Origin: Octopus bimaculoides
Taxonomy: Eukaryota
DNA: 48,355 nt
NCBI RefSeq assembly: GCF_001194135.2
Contig: NC_068984.1
Span: 74,807,229-74,855,583 of the forward strand
Direction of reading: 5' to 3'
Under the pieces are notes generated by a model. It was not told the origin of the DNA and ran no database searches. It saw only the letters and a list, made by a program, of their open reading frames with translations. Below are positions 14,071 through 27,705 of the stretch, one piece after another. Both the position numbers and the translations under genes were made by a program. The first letter of the stretch is position 1, and every line of letters begins with the position of its first letter.

Positions 14071-14126
<56 letters not shown>

Positions 14127-14529
14127 CAATAAGTACCCTTCAGGGATCCAAGTATAGGAAGTTAGTAAGCTTCAAGCAGTTATGCGGCAAGTACAGCAGA
14201 CAAAAAGTGAACAATATACGATAAAACTTGTTTATTAAAATCTCGCGTTACACCCTTTTCCCCATTTCGCAATTAAAAGGAATTACCATTCAACGCATAG
14301 TCTAGCAACTAAAGCTGTTAGAAATGCGAAAGGTAATAAAAATCCAAAAGTTAAGCGGAGGAACAGGTAACGTACTGACTACAATGGTTTCGTAGTAAAG
14401 GTAAAACCTGTTACATAAGTTATAACAAACATAAAACCAGAGTAGCTAATCTTCAGGTCTCTGTAAACATTGCTGCTTGAACAAATGAGTTATCAAACTG
14501 GCGACCTTTGGGTTTCTGGTCGTACCAAT

Positions 14530-14549
14530 TATCATTATTATTATCATTA

Positions 14550-14609
<60 letters not shown>

Positions 14610-14610
14610 G
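14530..14610. repeat. (TTA)n microsatellite
   Basis: Direct inspection; similar arrays at 15928-16075, 17055-17113, 21390-21470, 43705-43771 and 44338-44384. Confidence 0.95.
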
Positions 14611-14790
14611 TTTTTCTACTTCCAATTTTGTTTTCATTTCTTGCAGGATCCGTGTACCATCAATATTTTCTGGTCTTGGTATCTATTTTCTTCATTTCTC
14701 TCTTTTGCCATTTTATAGTTCCCGCTCCATGCCAAAGTGATTAACGGCTTAGATTTTATTCCATCCAGTGGTGCAAAGAAACCCACTGCA
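14610..14790 (-). mobile_element. Short R4/Dong LINE fragment (paralog of ~15520-15670)
   Basis: Near-identical DNA to the RT-region segment of the element at 14958-15900; abuts a (TTA)n array. Confidence 0.75.
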
Positions 14791-14957
14791 CACATTGCTA
14801 GGCCATTAAACTAAACACACCAGGTTGTTCATATTCAAAATGAAATGAAGTTATGGGGGTGGAGGCTAGTCTATTAAATCGAACCCAGTGCTCAACTGGT
14901 ACTTATTTCATCGATCACGAAAGGATGGAAAGCAAAGTCAACCTCGAACTACTGGAG

Positions 14958-15900
14958 TTTTCTCATACCACATCTTTGCTCTTTGTAGGCCGTGGTTTCC
15001 ACAGAGCTCCCAAATGGATCATTCTTGTCACATTGTCATGGCGCCTTTTGTATTCTCGTTGTGCCAATTTCGAGCATTTGCTAGCGATATGCCATACCGT
15101 TTCATCCCTCTCACCACACATTCTGCATTTGGCGCTATCGGTAGTGTTGTCTGTTCTGCACTTCATATAGCGGGCCCTTAACGCTTGTTCCTGAGCTGCG
15201 CATATTAGTGCTTCTGTCTCTATCTTCAGGTCACTCCCTCCCTCATCCATAGCCACCGGTCCTTTGCATTTGTCTTTCCTTTTCTTTCCATGCTTTTTCC
15301 TTTTTTGTGTTCATTTCTTGTTTAAATTTTTCTTTAGTAACACAATTTTCAGTGTTGATGACGCCGGCCTTCTTCGTATGTTTCAACAGTGGCTCCATGG
15401 CATTTTTATATACCACCCTGTTTACCTCTGCTTCGATACAGTCCAGGCAAATGATAAAACCTCTCCCACCCTTTCTTGTGGACAAGTATAGCCTATTGAT
15501 ATCACTTTTATGGTGGAGGGCTCCGTGTACTATCAATATTTTTCTGGTCTTTGTATCTATTTTCTTCACTTCTCTCTTTTGCCATTTTATAGTTCCCGCT
15601 CCATACCGAAATGATGCTATCGCCCATGTATTAACTGCTTGGATTTTATTCCATCCAGTGAATTTTGAGCGCAACACCAACCTCAGTTTTCGGACATACC
15701 CCATCCTCAGCTGCTCTTTCATTTCCTTTTCTATTATCTCGTTGAACTCTAGTATACCAAGGTATTTGTATCCTTCCGTTTCAATTTGTTTAATCAGGTC
15801 TCTGTTCAGTAATTCTATCGCTTCTAGGGACTGTACCCTACCTCTTTTTAAGTAGATTATTGCACATTTCTTGAGTCTAAATTCCATTCTAATATCAGTA
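14958..15900 (-). mobile_element. R4/Dong-clade non-LTR retrotransposon fragment (RT C-terminus plus CCHC zinc knuckle)
   Basis: YKYLGILE...NKIQAVNTWAI...RLYLSTRKGGRG and AAQEQALR...CRMCGERDETVWHIASKC...YKRRHDNV; frameshifted. Confidence 0.9.
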
Positions 15901-15926
15901 CTAATCGACTAGTCCTCTCCCCCATA

Positions 15927-16005
<79 letters not shown>

Positions 16006-16036
16006 GTTGTTGTTGCTGCTGTTGTTGTTGTTGTTG

Positions 16037-16069
<33 letters not shown>

Positions 16070-16075
16070 GTATTT

Positions 16076-17005
16076 AATGAAAACTCTCAGCTTATTTTTC
16101 TGGGTACCATGGAAATTGTAGCTGTCCACAGCCAGCAGACTAAGATGACAGTTGCTTACTGGTTATGCGTCAAGAACTTTGCGAAGAATTCTTGCAGTTT
16201 CAAGCAATGCTGATTTTTGTAGGTGTTCTACTTTTACATTTGTATCAATCTTTTTGAACCATGCTGGTTGTTGAGTGTTCGTACTTCCAAGTGCCCACAT
16301 TACTATTGATACCACGTCTACTTTCCTCATTCACCTCAACATTCGTATTTCCCACTTCAAATCATCGTAGATGTTCAGTTTTTCTTCTGTCTCTTTGATC
16401 CTGTTGTCACCAAGACATGCTATGTCGATTATCACACAAGTTTTTTTTCTTTTTTATTCATCCCAACAACGTCCGGTTTCCGATGTCAAGTCAGGTGATC
16501 GCACTGAATCATCGCATCCCATAAGATTTTGCAATCTTCATTCTCGGTGACTCCTTCCGGGGTTTGCTCATACCACGTTTTTGCTCCTTGTAGGCCATGA
16601 TTTCCACAGAGCTCCCAATGGATCATTCTTGCAACATTGTCATGACATCTTTGGTATTCGTGTTGTGCCAATTCCGGGCATTCGCTAACGATGTGCCATA
16701 CTATTTCACTCCTCTTACCACACATTCTGCGTTTGTCGCTGTCGGTAATATTGCCGAATCTGCACTTCACATTCTTTCTTTTGCCAGTTTATGATTCCAG
16801 CTCTATACCGAAGTAATCCTATCGCTCATGTGTTAACTGTATGGATTTTATTCCATTCGGTCAATTTTGAGCGCAACGCCAATCTTCGTCTTCTGAAATA
16901 TTCCATCCTCCGTTGTTCCTTCATTTCCTTCTCCACGAATTCGTTGAACTCTAGTATGCCAAAGTATTTTTATCCTTCTTTTTCAATTTGTTTAATCAGT
17001 ACTAT
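16076..17005 (-). mobile_element. R4/Dong-clade LINE 3' end with internal deletion (RT remnant, zinc knuckle, REL endonuclease, 3' UTR ending in (TAA)n)
   Basis: CGKRSEIVWHIVSEC...HDNV; KILWDAMIQCDH..RKPDVV...IIDIA (REL motif); ...ARILRKVLDA* followed by a short UTR running into the (TAA)n array at ~16075. Confidence 0.9.
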
Positions 17006-17057
17006 ATCATCATCATCATCGTCGTCTTCATAGTCATCGTTATCATCATCATCGTTG

Positions 17058-17112
<55 letters not shown>

Positions 17113-17279
17113 CAAAGTTAACTCATTTTCACTCATTAAAGTCCCTTGCTAGAAACATTAGTTCTGGGCAAGTTGGTCATTTCCCCATATTTACCTACTT
17201 ATTTATCTATCTGTCTGTTTGTCGGTCTTTCTGTCTATCTATATCTTACATTTCTGCGTATAAGTTTCTGTGTGTGCGT

Positions 17280-17284
17280 GCTTC

Positions 17285-17326
<42 letters not shown>

Positions 17327-17339
17327 TGTGTGTGTGTGA

Positions 17340-17405
<66 letters not shown>
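17280..17405. repeat. (TG)n microsatellite, representative of many (TA)n, (CA)n, (GA)n, (GATA)n and (GAGT)n arrays in the window
   Basis: Direct inspection; most N gaps are bordered by such arrays. Confidence 0.95.
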
Positions 17406-17407
<2 letters not shown>

Positions 17408-17821
17408 ATATATCTTTATACATACCAGCAATCAAATATCGTTGACAACAGACATCGAGATGAACAGAGAACCGTCTTCGAACGTTGATTCTGCTTTGTG
17501 AAATTGCATAGCCTTGCTTTACTTTATATAGAATGTTCTGAACGTGTTTATTCAATAAAACATCTCATGTAAGTTATTAATTATTCGAGAAGATACACGT
17601 AGATTTATGGGACATTTGTCAGTACGATTCATAAGTAAACTACATTTGAAATGTTTTAATATTTGGAATAGCAGTCGAAAGAATTAATTGAACAAAACTG
17701 TCATCAGTAGGAATATGAAATATCGTTGATTTTTGATTGTAACAGATTATATTTGTCTAAGAATTAATTCATGGTAAACGTCTCTTGTTGAATTCTTATA
17801 ATATGATTAATCTGTCCCTAC

Positions 17822-17869
<48 letters not shown>

Positions 17870-17879
17870 NNNNNNNNNN

Positions 17880-17927
<48 letters not shown>

Positions 17928-18044
17928 TATAGAGAGAGAGAAATGCATACATATGTTTGCATATGTAAAATGTTTGTATAAGCATGTATACATATGCATA
18001 AATAAATATGTGTGTATATATATGTATATATATATGTGTATATA

Positions 18045-18121
<77 letters not shown>

Positions 18122-18179
18122 ACACACAAACACATATATATATATACATTCATGCACACACTCACATACACACACATAT

Positions 18180-18372
18180 AGAGAGACCCCGGCAAAAGCC
18201 AAGGCTACGATTTAAGGACTGTGTCAAGTCCTCATTAAGGACCTGTGATATGCAGGAGGCTGCCTGAGAGATCAATGCCTGTCATCGCCACAGATGGTGG
18301 AAGCAAGTTAAGGAAGGGGTCAACACCTTTGAGAGAGCACGTATTCTGCATGAAGAACTTAATCGTGCTGCC
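18180..18372 (+). mobile_element. RTE-clade LINE 3' fragment
   Basis: [30 protein letters not shown]...VKEG...FE, matching the typical RTE C-terminal signature. Confidence 0.7.
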
Positions 18373-18674
18373 TGTCTGTCTGTCAATCTATTTTGCTTTC
18401 TGTTATTTTGTCTCTACAAAGTGTTTATTGCTGTCATTGCTATGGTTACAACCCACCTGTAGATGCAATTATTAAAGTATGATTTTTGCTGGCTGAGCAT
18501 TTTCAAATGTACTGAGAGATAATATTTGAATTTTCTCAGACTTTTGTAAAATTTTAGAAGCGCCGATGTTAATAAAAACTAATAAAGCTTTCATCTACAG
18601 TGGATACTCTTATCACTCTTATCACTGACAGAGGTGAAGTTTGTAGATATGATTATATAGATATACACTCGATG

Positions 18675-18958
18675 AAGCCATGTGGTTTAGTGGTTAGTGC
18701 ATTCGGCCCACAATCATACGGACATGAATTCGATTCTCGACGCTGCGTTATTTCTTGAAGACGCTTTGACAAAATGAGTTGTACGTGTAGTTCAGTGGAT
18801 CAGTCTCGCCACATTCGGTGTGTTACTCTGAATATCCCTGAGAACTTTGTAAAGAGTACGCGTGTCTGAAGCGAGCTCAGCCACTTGCACGTCATTTCAT
18901 GTGAAGACTGAAATCAACTGGAACATGTGTTCACTGTAACCATCGGAATGCCCCGACC
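18675..18958 (+). mobile_element. Degenerate tRNA-derived SINE
   Basis: tggtttagtggttagtgcattcg (A box) and gaattcgattctc (B box-like) head. Confidence 0.55.
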
Positions 18959-19399
18959 ATATATATATATATATANNNNNNNNNNNNNNNNNNNNNNNNN
19001 NNNNNNNNNNNNNNNNNNNNNNNNNNNNNNNNNNNNNNNNNNNNNNNNNNNNNNNNNNNNNNNNNNNNNNNNNNNNNNNNNNNNNNNNNNNNNNNNNNNN
19101 NNNNNNNNNNNNNNNNNNNNNNNNNNNNNNNNNNNNNNNNNNNNNNNNNNNNNNNNNNNNNNNNNNNNNNNNNNNNNNNNNNNNNNNNNNNNNNNNNNNN
19201 NNNNNNNNNNNNNNNNNNNNNNNNNNNNNNNNNNNNNNNNNNNNNNNNNNNNNNNNNNNNNNNNNNNNNNNNNNNNNNNNNNNNNNNNNNNNNNNNNNNN
19301 NNNNNNNNNNNNNNNNNNNNNNNNNNNNNNNNNNNNNNNNNNNNNNNNNNNNNNNNNNNNNNNNNNNNNNNNNNNNNNNNNNNNNNNNNNNNNNNNNNN

Positions 19400-19733
19400 G
19401 AATCTCACAAACTAAGCAGCTAATAAGGTTAGTCAGATTTGTGAAACTGTTTTTAAGCTTTAAAGATATCATCAATATTTGCTTTGGAATTGCTGCATCC
19501 AACTAAAAGAATTGCTTTCAAATGTTCATCAGTCAGCTTCGTTCGATGTGTTGACTTCGCATACTTAATTTTTGAAAATGTTTGCTCGTAGACATAAGTT
19601 GTTCCAAACACTGATGCCATACCAGAGGCAAATGCAGGTACTTACAGAAAAGGTACAGAGTGGTGGCGGGCTGGATGAACTGACCTCGCTGGCCGGATCC
19701 GGCCCGCGAGTCGTAGTTTGGTGACCCTTGCAC
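19400..19733 (-). mobile_element. Internally deleted hAT (Charlie/SPIN-like) element: terminal repeat fused to the transposase dimerisation domain
   Basis: Terminus CAAGGGTCACCAAACTACGACTCGCGGGCCGGATCCGGCC on the minus strand, followed within ~100 nt by FGTTYVYEQTFSKIKYAKSTHRTKLTDEHLKAIL. The other end falls in the N gap. Confidence 0.8.
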
Positions 19734-19763
19734 TAGAACATAGATCTATATCCAGGAAAAGGA

Positions 19764-19976
19764 TACGAGGGGGTGCTGAAAAGCTCCTGATCTTGGGTAA
19801 AAGAAGATACAGGCGGATCAGTTAATAATGATTTTATTCAACATATTTCGCTCTCAAATTCACACACATATTGCAGCGGTTTTTCTAAGCCCTATAAAAG
19901 AACTCGGAAGATTGGGCCTCCAACCAGGCTTTTCGCGACACCCTTAAAGCCAGGAACTCTTCAGTACCACCTCGTA
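19764..19976. mobile_element. Mariner-type MITE with TA target duplication
   Basis: TIRs TA-CGAGGGGGTGCTGAAAAGCTCCTG and CAGGAACTCTTCAGTACCACCTCG-TA. Confidence 0.85.
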
Positions 19977-20174
19977 CGTGAAACACATTTATTCTAATCT
20001 ATATACCTTTAGTTATTTTCCAAATATCATTTCATTTGAATTATATTTATATATTACAGTTCTGGAATTTAATTTTTTTTTATTTCATCGTGCCTTTGCT
20101 GAACTCTCTTGTACGAAGAAATATTCACACACTACCTATAAATATTTCCTTTTCTCTCTTCCACCACCCCATCC

Positions 20175-20218
<44 letters not shown>

Positions 20219-20393
20219 NNNNNNNNNNNNNNNNNNNNNNNNNNNNNNNNNNNNNNNNNNNNNNNNNNNNNNNNNNNNNNNNNNNNNNNNNNNNNNNNNN
20301 NNNNNNNNNNNNNNNNNNCGTATGTGTGTGTGTTTGAGCCGTAAATGAGTCTACAGTCATGATATAGCTATATATATTTTTCCTTTTTTGCAG

Positions 20394-20429
20394 AGCGTGG
20401 TCATGATGGTTATGGTAGTTCATCTGAAG
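20394..20429 (+). CDS. Repeat micro-exon 1 (36 nt, phase 1-1): (E)RGHDGYGSSSE
   Basis: Acceptor tccttttttgcag, donor GAAG|gtaatg. Open frame; paralogous flanks shared with the other exons. Confidence 0.8.
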
Positions 20430-20884
20430 GTAATGGTTCTTAAATCCCCACTTTTTCCCTGCTCTACTGGCATCTAATAAGCCTTTGAATTTGACTGGGT
20501 AACTTATTTTCAAAATATAAACGTTCATGCACCATAGACACGTCATTGAATTTTTCAACCTAGGAACTGCTTCAAACCATAGATTTTAAAATAATAAAAA
20601 CAGCCTTACGCCTCTATAAATATTTAATTGTTAATTAACCTCTTTTGGACATACATCACCCACTTTTCACGCAAGTTTTTTTCGATATTATATAATATAT
20701 ATTTATATTTTACTGTTGAATTTATACACATCCAAACTGCCCAACCGTTAACAAATACAATACCATTTATGTTTTTAACATGAGTTACCCAGTGAAATTC
20801 AAATGCTTATGCGTGAAACTAGATTATATCAAATGATATCTTACATGTCCCATCTCAATTTTATTCTAGTCGTGATCACAACAA

Positions 20885-21220
20885 CACAAATGTCTCACAT
20901 TACATCGTTTGCTCATTGTCGCAGGTCTCTAGGAAAATCTCTAACTATTACTCATCCTTTAGGGATAGGAATACAAATAATAGTACCAGTCTTTGTACGT
21001 TAATCTGGAAACTTAAGGACTACAATAAACAATTCTCTTTGGAATGGTCAATACTGGCTACCTCAATACCCTACGACAAGGGTAAAGATTTTTGTCCTCT
21101 CTGTAACTTGGAGCTATTTCACATTCTGTTCTCCAAGAATAATTTAGTGAACCAGATAACACAGAGTGCATACAGATGCCAGCATTGGAGGAAACACACT
21201 TTCAGCTCATTTCATTAATT
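20885..21220 (+). mobile_element. Penelope-like element, GIY-YIG C-terminal fragment
   Basis: SSFRDRNTNNSTSLCTLIWKLKD...WSILA...PYDKGKDFCPLCNLE...RCQH, typical of the PLE endonuclease C-terminus; followed by AT-rich UTR and (TAA)n. Confidence 0.8.
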
Positions 21221-21387
21221 TCATAGTTTTTACTAATTTTAGTTATTATTTTTTTCACCTACCAACATACTCACTAGTTGATAGCCACTTTACATGCGGT
21301 ATGAACTATCACCCCACTTTGTATTTATTTTTATTTAACTTTAGACAATAACAATAATAGTAATAATAATAAATTTATTTTTACGTT

Positions 21388-21461
<74 letters not shown>

Positions 21462-22284
21462 CAACAACAATAATGAGAATAATAACATCATAATATTATC
21501 TTAAATAACACTTATATCTAGCTCCAACGCCAGTTGTTTACACTCTCTCTCTTCCTCTAGTTTAGTACAGCAGGTTTAACCCCCGAAAAGTTATATTCGT
21601 AGAATTTTTAAGTATATTTATATATATATTTACGTATTTACTATCGATTTTGTTATAGTAAGCATGTTTATTCTTATTATTTCAACACTTTATAGTTTTG
21701 TACCTTGTATTGCTATTTATTTGGGTTAATTACCGTAACTAAATATGATACAGCATTAACGGTTAATTATATTTACAATCCATCGTTAATTATCCTTCCT
21801 TATAAACGTTTTATTTACATTAATCGTATATTAAGAATTCGATGGATTCTCTCCCTTCTCCTTCCAATTACAATGAATTTTTATTACCATTTTTATTAAC
21901 TTTAAGATTTTTCTGCGGTTCATTATGTCTTCCTTTAATTTAAACTCTTAGTATAGCGTTCATAACCTCTCTCCATAAACAGTTCCCTGTAAACTAGCGT
22001 TCTTGTTACTAGCGTTCTTGTCAACTAAGCTATATAGTGGTAGTCCTCGTACGTAACCTTAGCATTCAGCGCAAGTCTTGCGTTTGTAATATGGTTCCCT
22101 GATGATGGAATTATATGTATACCAGCATCTCTTACTTCTTTGGAGTAGAGTGCATATAATTTTTGAAACATATGTAGGAATTAAAGGAACTTATTGATTA
22201 TATGCGTTTTGCTCCATTTATTATTATTCTCTAATGAGTCTACAGTCATGATATAGATATATATATTTTTCATTTTTTTTCCAG

Positions 22285-22341
22285 AGCGTAGTCATGAAAA
22301 TGGGCGCTCTCCTCATAATGATTTTGGTAGTTCATCTGAAG
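22285..22341 (+). CDS. Repeat micro-exon 2 (57 nt, phase 1-1): (E)RSHENGRSPHNDFGSSSE
   Basis: Acceptor catttttttttccag, donor GAAG|gtaagg; open frame. Confidence 0.85.
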
Positions 22342-23885
22342 GTAAGGATTCTTTAATCTCGACTTTTTCCCTGCTCTACTGGCATCTAATGTAGTGTTTT
22401 ATATAGGCTTGCGGAATAGCAGAGGCATTAGCGCATCGGAAAACCTTATTTACGCCGTTTGTTCATTGTAATATATGTATATTTATATACATACGTATAA
22501 GTAAATATTTATTTAATTACATATATGTATATCGATATACATAAATAAATAAATAAATAAATNNNNNNNNNNAATTAAATGGGCAATATATGTATGTAGC
22601 TTAACTTTAAATGGATCAGGCTACAATCCACACAGTAAGCCAAAAGAAAAGAAATATAGTTGAAATACAATAAATCCAATTGATGAGGATTATTTCATTA
22701 GCTTTATATAAGATATAACGAAAGAGTGGAGGTATTGCTTATTTTATTAGTTTAACATATACTTCAATGTCTTCCATATTGTTCTTGCACTGTCTTCCTG
22801 TATTTGATCCTAATTGTTTACTTTTATTTCTTTTTACTTTCAATTTATATCTCGTAAATGGGTTGCCAACTTAGTCACGACGACGCGACCATGAAACAGG
22901 ATGTACTGGGTTACCTGTTACCAGTAGCTCTCAAGAGCGACCTGACCATAAAATAATAAACAATTATCCAAAATTCTGATTGCGTCCATTTTCATTGACG
23001 ACAGTGTAACCTTTATTTAACAAAGGTAACTTTGGTTTGATGTGTAGCTAGTGGAGTACTCCTCTTTGAGTAATTGTTATTTCCCGAGGTTTTGCAAGCT
23101 AGGAAACACATGTAGCGCAGATTTTACCTGCTCCATTCCCTCAATTTGCATATGTGTGTGTGTAAATATATGTATTTATTATTAGAGCTGCACAAACAAC
23201 ACAAAACCGTTACTCAGAGTTCCACCTGTCCGTTCGTCACACAGTTTTGATCAAGAGTGGAATGAAATTGAGATGCTACATGTAATATATGGTTTGATAT
23301 AATCCAATTTCACGAATAAGCCTGTGAATTTAACTGGGTAACTTATTTTCAAAATATAAACGCTTATGCACCATAGACACGTTATTGAATCTTTCAACTT
23401 AGGATCTGCTTCAGACCATAGTTTTTAAAACAATAAAAACAAGTTTACGCCCCTATAAATAATTAATTATTAATTAACCCCTTTTGGACATACATCACCC
23501 CCTTTCCACGCAAAGTGTTTTTGGTATTATATAAAATATATCAATATTTTACTGTTCAATTTATATACATCCAAACTGCCCAACCGTTAATGAATACAAT
23601 ACCGTTTATGCTTTTAACATGAGTTACCCAATGAAATTCAAATGCTTATGCGTGAAACTAGATTATATCAAATGATATCTTACATGTCCCATCTCAATTT
23701 TATTCTAGTCGTGATCACAACAGCGCGATGAAGGGAAACGTGAAACTCTAAGTAACAGTGTTGTGATGTATGTTCTGCTTTAATAAAAATGCACGATACT
23801 CTAATTTGGCATTCGTGTACTATTTTTAACCAATTCGTTTTGCATTGATGTGCTTACTCTTTTGCGTATTTATATAAATATATGC

Positions 23886-23923
<38 letters not shown>

Positions 23924-26876
23924 NNNNNNNNNNNNNNNNNNNNNNNNNNNNNNNNNNNNNNNNNNNNNNNNNNNNNNNNNNNNNNNNNNNNNNNNNNNNN
24001 NNNNNNNNNNNNNNNNNNNNNNNNNNNNNNNNNNNNNNNNNNNNNNNNNNNNNNNNNNNNNNNNNNNNNNNNNNNNNNNNNNNNNNNNNNNNNNNNNNNN
24101 NNNNNNNNNNNNNNNNNNNNNNNNNNNNNNNNNNNNNNNNNNNNNNNNNNNNNNNNNNNNNNNNNNNNNNNNNNNNNNNNNNNNNNNNNNNNNNNNNNNN
24201 NNNNNNNNNNNNNNNNNNNNNNNNNNNNNNNNNNNNNNNNNNNNNNNNNNNNNNNNNNNNNNNNNNNNNNNNNNNNNNNNNNNNNNNNNNNNNNNNNNNN
24301 NNNNNNNNNNNNNNNNNNNNNNNNNNNNNNNNNNNNNNNNNNNNNNNNNNNNNNNNNNNNNNNNNNNNNNNNNNNNNNNNNNNNNNNNNNNNNNNNNNNN
24401 NNNNNNNNNNNNNNNNNNNNNNNNNNNNNNNNNNNNNNNNNNNNNNNNNNNNNNNNNNNNNNNNNNNNNNNNNNNNNNNNNNNNNNNNNNNNNNNNNNNN
24501 NNNNNNNNNNNNNNNNNNNNNNNNNNNNNNNNNNNNNNNNNNNNNNNNNNNNNNNNNNNNNNNNNNNNNNNNNNNNNNNNNNNNNNNNNNNNNNNNNNNN
24601 NNNNNNNNNNNNNNNNNNNNNNNNNNNNNNNNNNNNNNNNNNNNNNNNNNNNNNNNNNNNNNNNNNNNNNNNNNNNNNNNNNNNNNNNNNNNNNNNNNNN
24701 NNNNNNNNNNNNNNNNNNNNNNNNNNNNNNNTTATATGTTATCTGAATACTTTCTATCTTTTGAACCCAAATTAAGACACCCAGCACGTCTAAAAAACAT
24801 GAACTTAAACATTACTTTCAATTTAACGTAACATAAACATTACTTCCAACTATGTTCAATACGTTGTGCTCACATAACTTTATACTTTTGATTTCATTGC
24901 TCCTTCTTACATCCATTTCCTTTACTTGTTGCCTTTTCTTTCTTCAGCAAAGATAGGAGTAATTTATCCTGTTTAGGCTATGTTATTGGCATTATTCTGC
25001 GTCTGAGAATTTTAAATGTCTTCTTTAACTTTCTTAGACATATCTAAGATTCTGAAAGCAATCTTAGTTCGTTTGTTTACGTTTATCGTAAGATGAATTC
25101 AAAACATAGAAATATTTTCTTCTCCCTGCTTTATTACGTATAAAATACTCCACACAAAATAGATCCCTTCACTTTATTTATTAATTTTTTTTTGTTTTGT
25201 TTTTTTGGTAAACCCTTGCATCAACAAATATAGAGCGTGAATATCGAAGTAATCATTGGTAATGATATTAACTTAGTTTAAACAAGTAATTTTTACTCCA
25301 TTAATCCATTATTTTCCCCCCTCTGATTTCCATTTCATTTAACAACACAATCTCTCTCTTTAGATTAATAGAGCATCCATCACCTTTATATATTGACATA
25401 CACTTAATATCTTACTAGTTCATACAAGCATTATTTTCCTATATATATAACATTGCCTTAATCTTTATTACCATACGTCTATCGTGTGTATGTGCGTAAA
25501 CATGCATGTATGTCTATGTATGTATGTATGTATGTGTATATGTGTATGGCATGTGTGTATATATATATGTATATATATATATATATATATTTATATGCAT
25601 TTATGCCAACACTACATGTATAAATACAAGATTAATTCCCCTTTGCGGTCCCATTATAGATAAAACACTCTTCTCCCATTTTTAATCGGGTTTCAAAACA
25701 TTTTATTGACTTCCCATTCTAAATTCTACTCTTCTTCTTTTCCTTCCTTTCTTCCCTCCTTGTCTCGTAGCGTAGCAACTTCCAACAGTTTTTTTCAAAT
25801 AAGTTATGTAGCAATCTTCTCTACCCACAGTTATCATATTCGGTTAAAATGTCTTCCGGTTAAGTCGGCTCTTATGTATTTCCCTGAAGAGAAGATTACA
25901 TCTTTAACAAAATCACTTATTCCTTTGGAAGGAACTATTTGTAATCTTTGAAACATATGCCGGAAATAAAAGAATTCATTTAACATATGCGTAGTACTCC
26001 ATTTATTAAATTTTATATTTATTCAAATACCCCAAACTAAGAGGGAGTTTCTACCTCGTAAACAGGAGTTACACCACAGTCATTTTGTGATATTTGCTAC
26101 CCTGGTATCTATTAACCAATTTATTTTGTCGGAGTTAATAGTCAACTAAGAGAAATCAAATATATATAAANNNNNNNNNNNNNNNNNNNNNNNNNNNNNN
26201 NNNNNNNNNNNNNNNNNNNNNNNNNNNNNNNNNNNNNNNNNNNNNNNNNNNNNNNNNNNNNNNNNNNNNNNNNNNNNNNNNNNNNNNNNNNNNNNNNNNN
26301 NNNNNNNNNNNNNNNNNNNNNNNNNNNNNNNNNNNNNNNNNNNNNNNNNNNNNNNNNNNNNNNNNNNNNNNNNNNNNNNNNNNNNNNNNNNNNNNNNNNN
26401 NNNNNNNNNNNNNNNNNNNNNNNNNNNNNNNNNNNNNNNNNNNNNNNNNNNNNNNNNNNNNNNNNNNNNNNNNNNNNNNNNNNNNNNNNNNNNNNNNNNN
26501 NNNNNNNNNNNNNNNNNNNNNNNNNNNNNNNNNNNNNNNNNNNNNNNNNNNNNNNNNNNNNNNNNNNNNNNNNNNNNNNNNNNNNNNNNNNNNNNNNNNN
26601 NNNNNNNNNNNNNNNNNNNNNNNNNNNNNNNNNNNNNNNNNNNNNNNNNNNNNNNNNNNNNNNNNNNNNNNNNNNNNNNNNNNNNNNNNNNNNNNNNNNN
26701 NNNNNNNNNNNNNNNNNNNNNNNNNNNNNNNNNNNNNNNNNNNNNNNNNNNNNNNNNNNNNNNNNNNNNNATATATATATATATATATATACGTGTACGT
26801 ATGTGTGTGTGTTTGAGCAGTAAATGAGTCTACAGTCATGATATAGCTAGAAATATATTTTTCATTTTTTTTTCAG

Positions 26877-26933
26877 AGCGTAGTCATGAAAATGGGCGCT
26901 CTCCTCATAATGATTTTGGTAGTTCATCTGAAG
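26877..26933 (+). CDS. Repeat micro-exon 3 (57 nt, phase 1-1), identical to exon 2: (E)RSHENGRSPHNDFGSSSE
   Basis: Acceptor catttttttttcag, donor GAAG|gtaatg. 57/57 nt identical to 22285-22341 while flanks differ. Confidence 0.8.
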
Positions 26934-27464
26934 GTAATGATTCTTAAATCTCGACTTTTTCCCTGCTCTACTGGCATCTAATGTAATGTGTTATATAAGG
27001 CTTGCAAAATAGCAAAAGCATTAGCGCACCGGAAAACCTTATTTACCCCGTTTGTTCATTGTAATATATGTATATTTATATACATACATATAAGGAAATA
27101 TTTATTTACTTACATATATTTATATTTATATACATATATAATATATTTATATTTTACTATTCCATTTATACACACCCAAACCGCCCAACCTTTAGCGAAT
27201 ACAACACCGTTTATGTTTTTAACAAGAGTTACCCAATCAAATTCAAATGCTTATGCGTGAAACTAGATTATATCAAATCATATATTACACGTAGCATCTC
27301 AATTTTATTCCAGTCTTGGTCACAACTGCCCGACGAACGAAAACGTGAAAGTCTGTGTAACAGTTTTGTGATGTTTGTGCTGCTTTAATTAAAATGCATG
27401 CTACTCTACTTTTGGTATTCGAGTTCTATTTTTACCACCTTGTTTTGCATTTATGTACCTACTA

Positions 27465-27511
<47 letters not shown>

Positions 27512-27629
27512 TTCTAAAGGCAAACTTCGTTTGTTTATTTACGTTTGCCGTAATTTGAATTTAACATATGAGAGCGTCTCATAAAGCGAGATTGCTATAC
27601 ATCTTAAATTTGCAGTGGAATTTGTAGTG

Positions 27630-27705
27630 GGGTAGTTTAGCTTAATCGGTCAAAGCATCGTGACGCGTAATCTCGGGGATGTGAGTTCGAGTCCACAGCT
27701 ATCTA
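27630..27705 (+). pseudogene. Degenerate tRNA-like sequence (Thr-CGT-like loop) or SINE head
   Basis: D-stem GCTT/AAGC, B-box gagttcgagtcc, loop cgcgtaa. Lacks U33 and has mismatched stems. Confidence 0.4.

Noticed and set aside
22095-22130. CTGATGA motif after the Penelope fragment
   Set aside because: No GAAA core follows, so it is not a supportable ribozyme.
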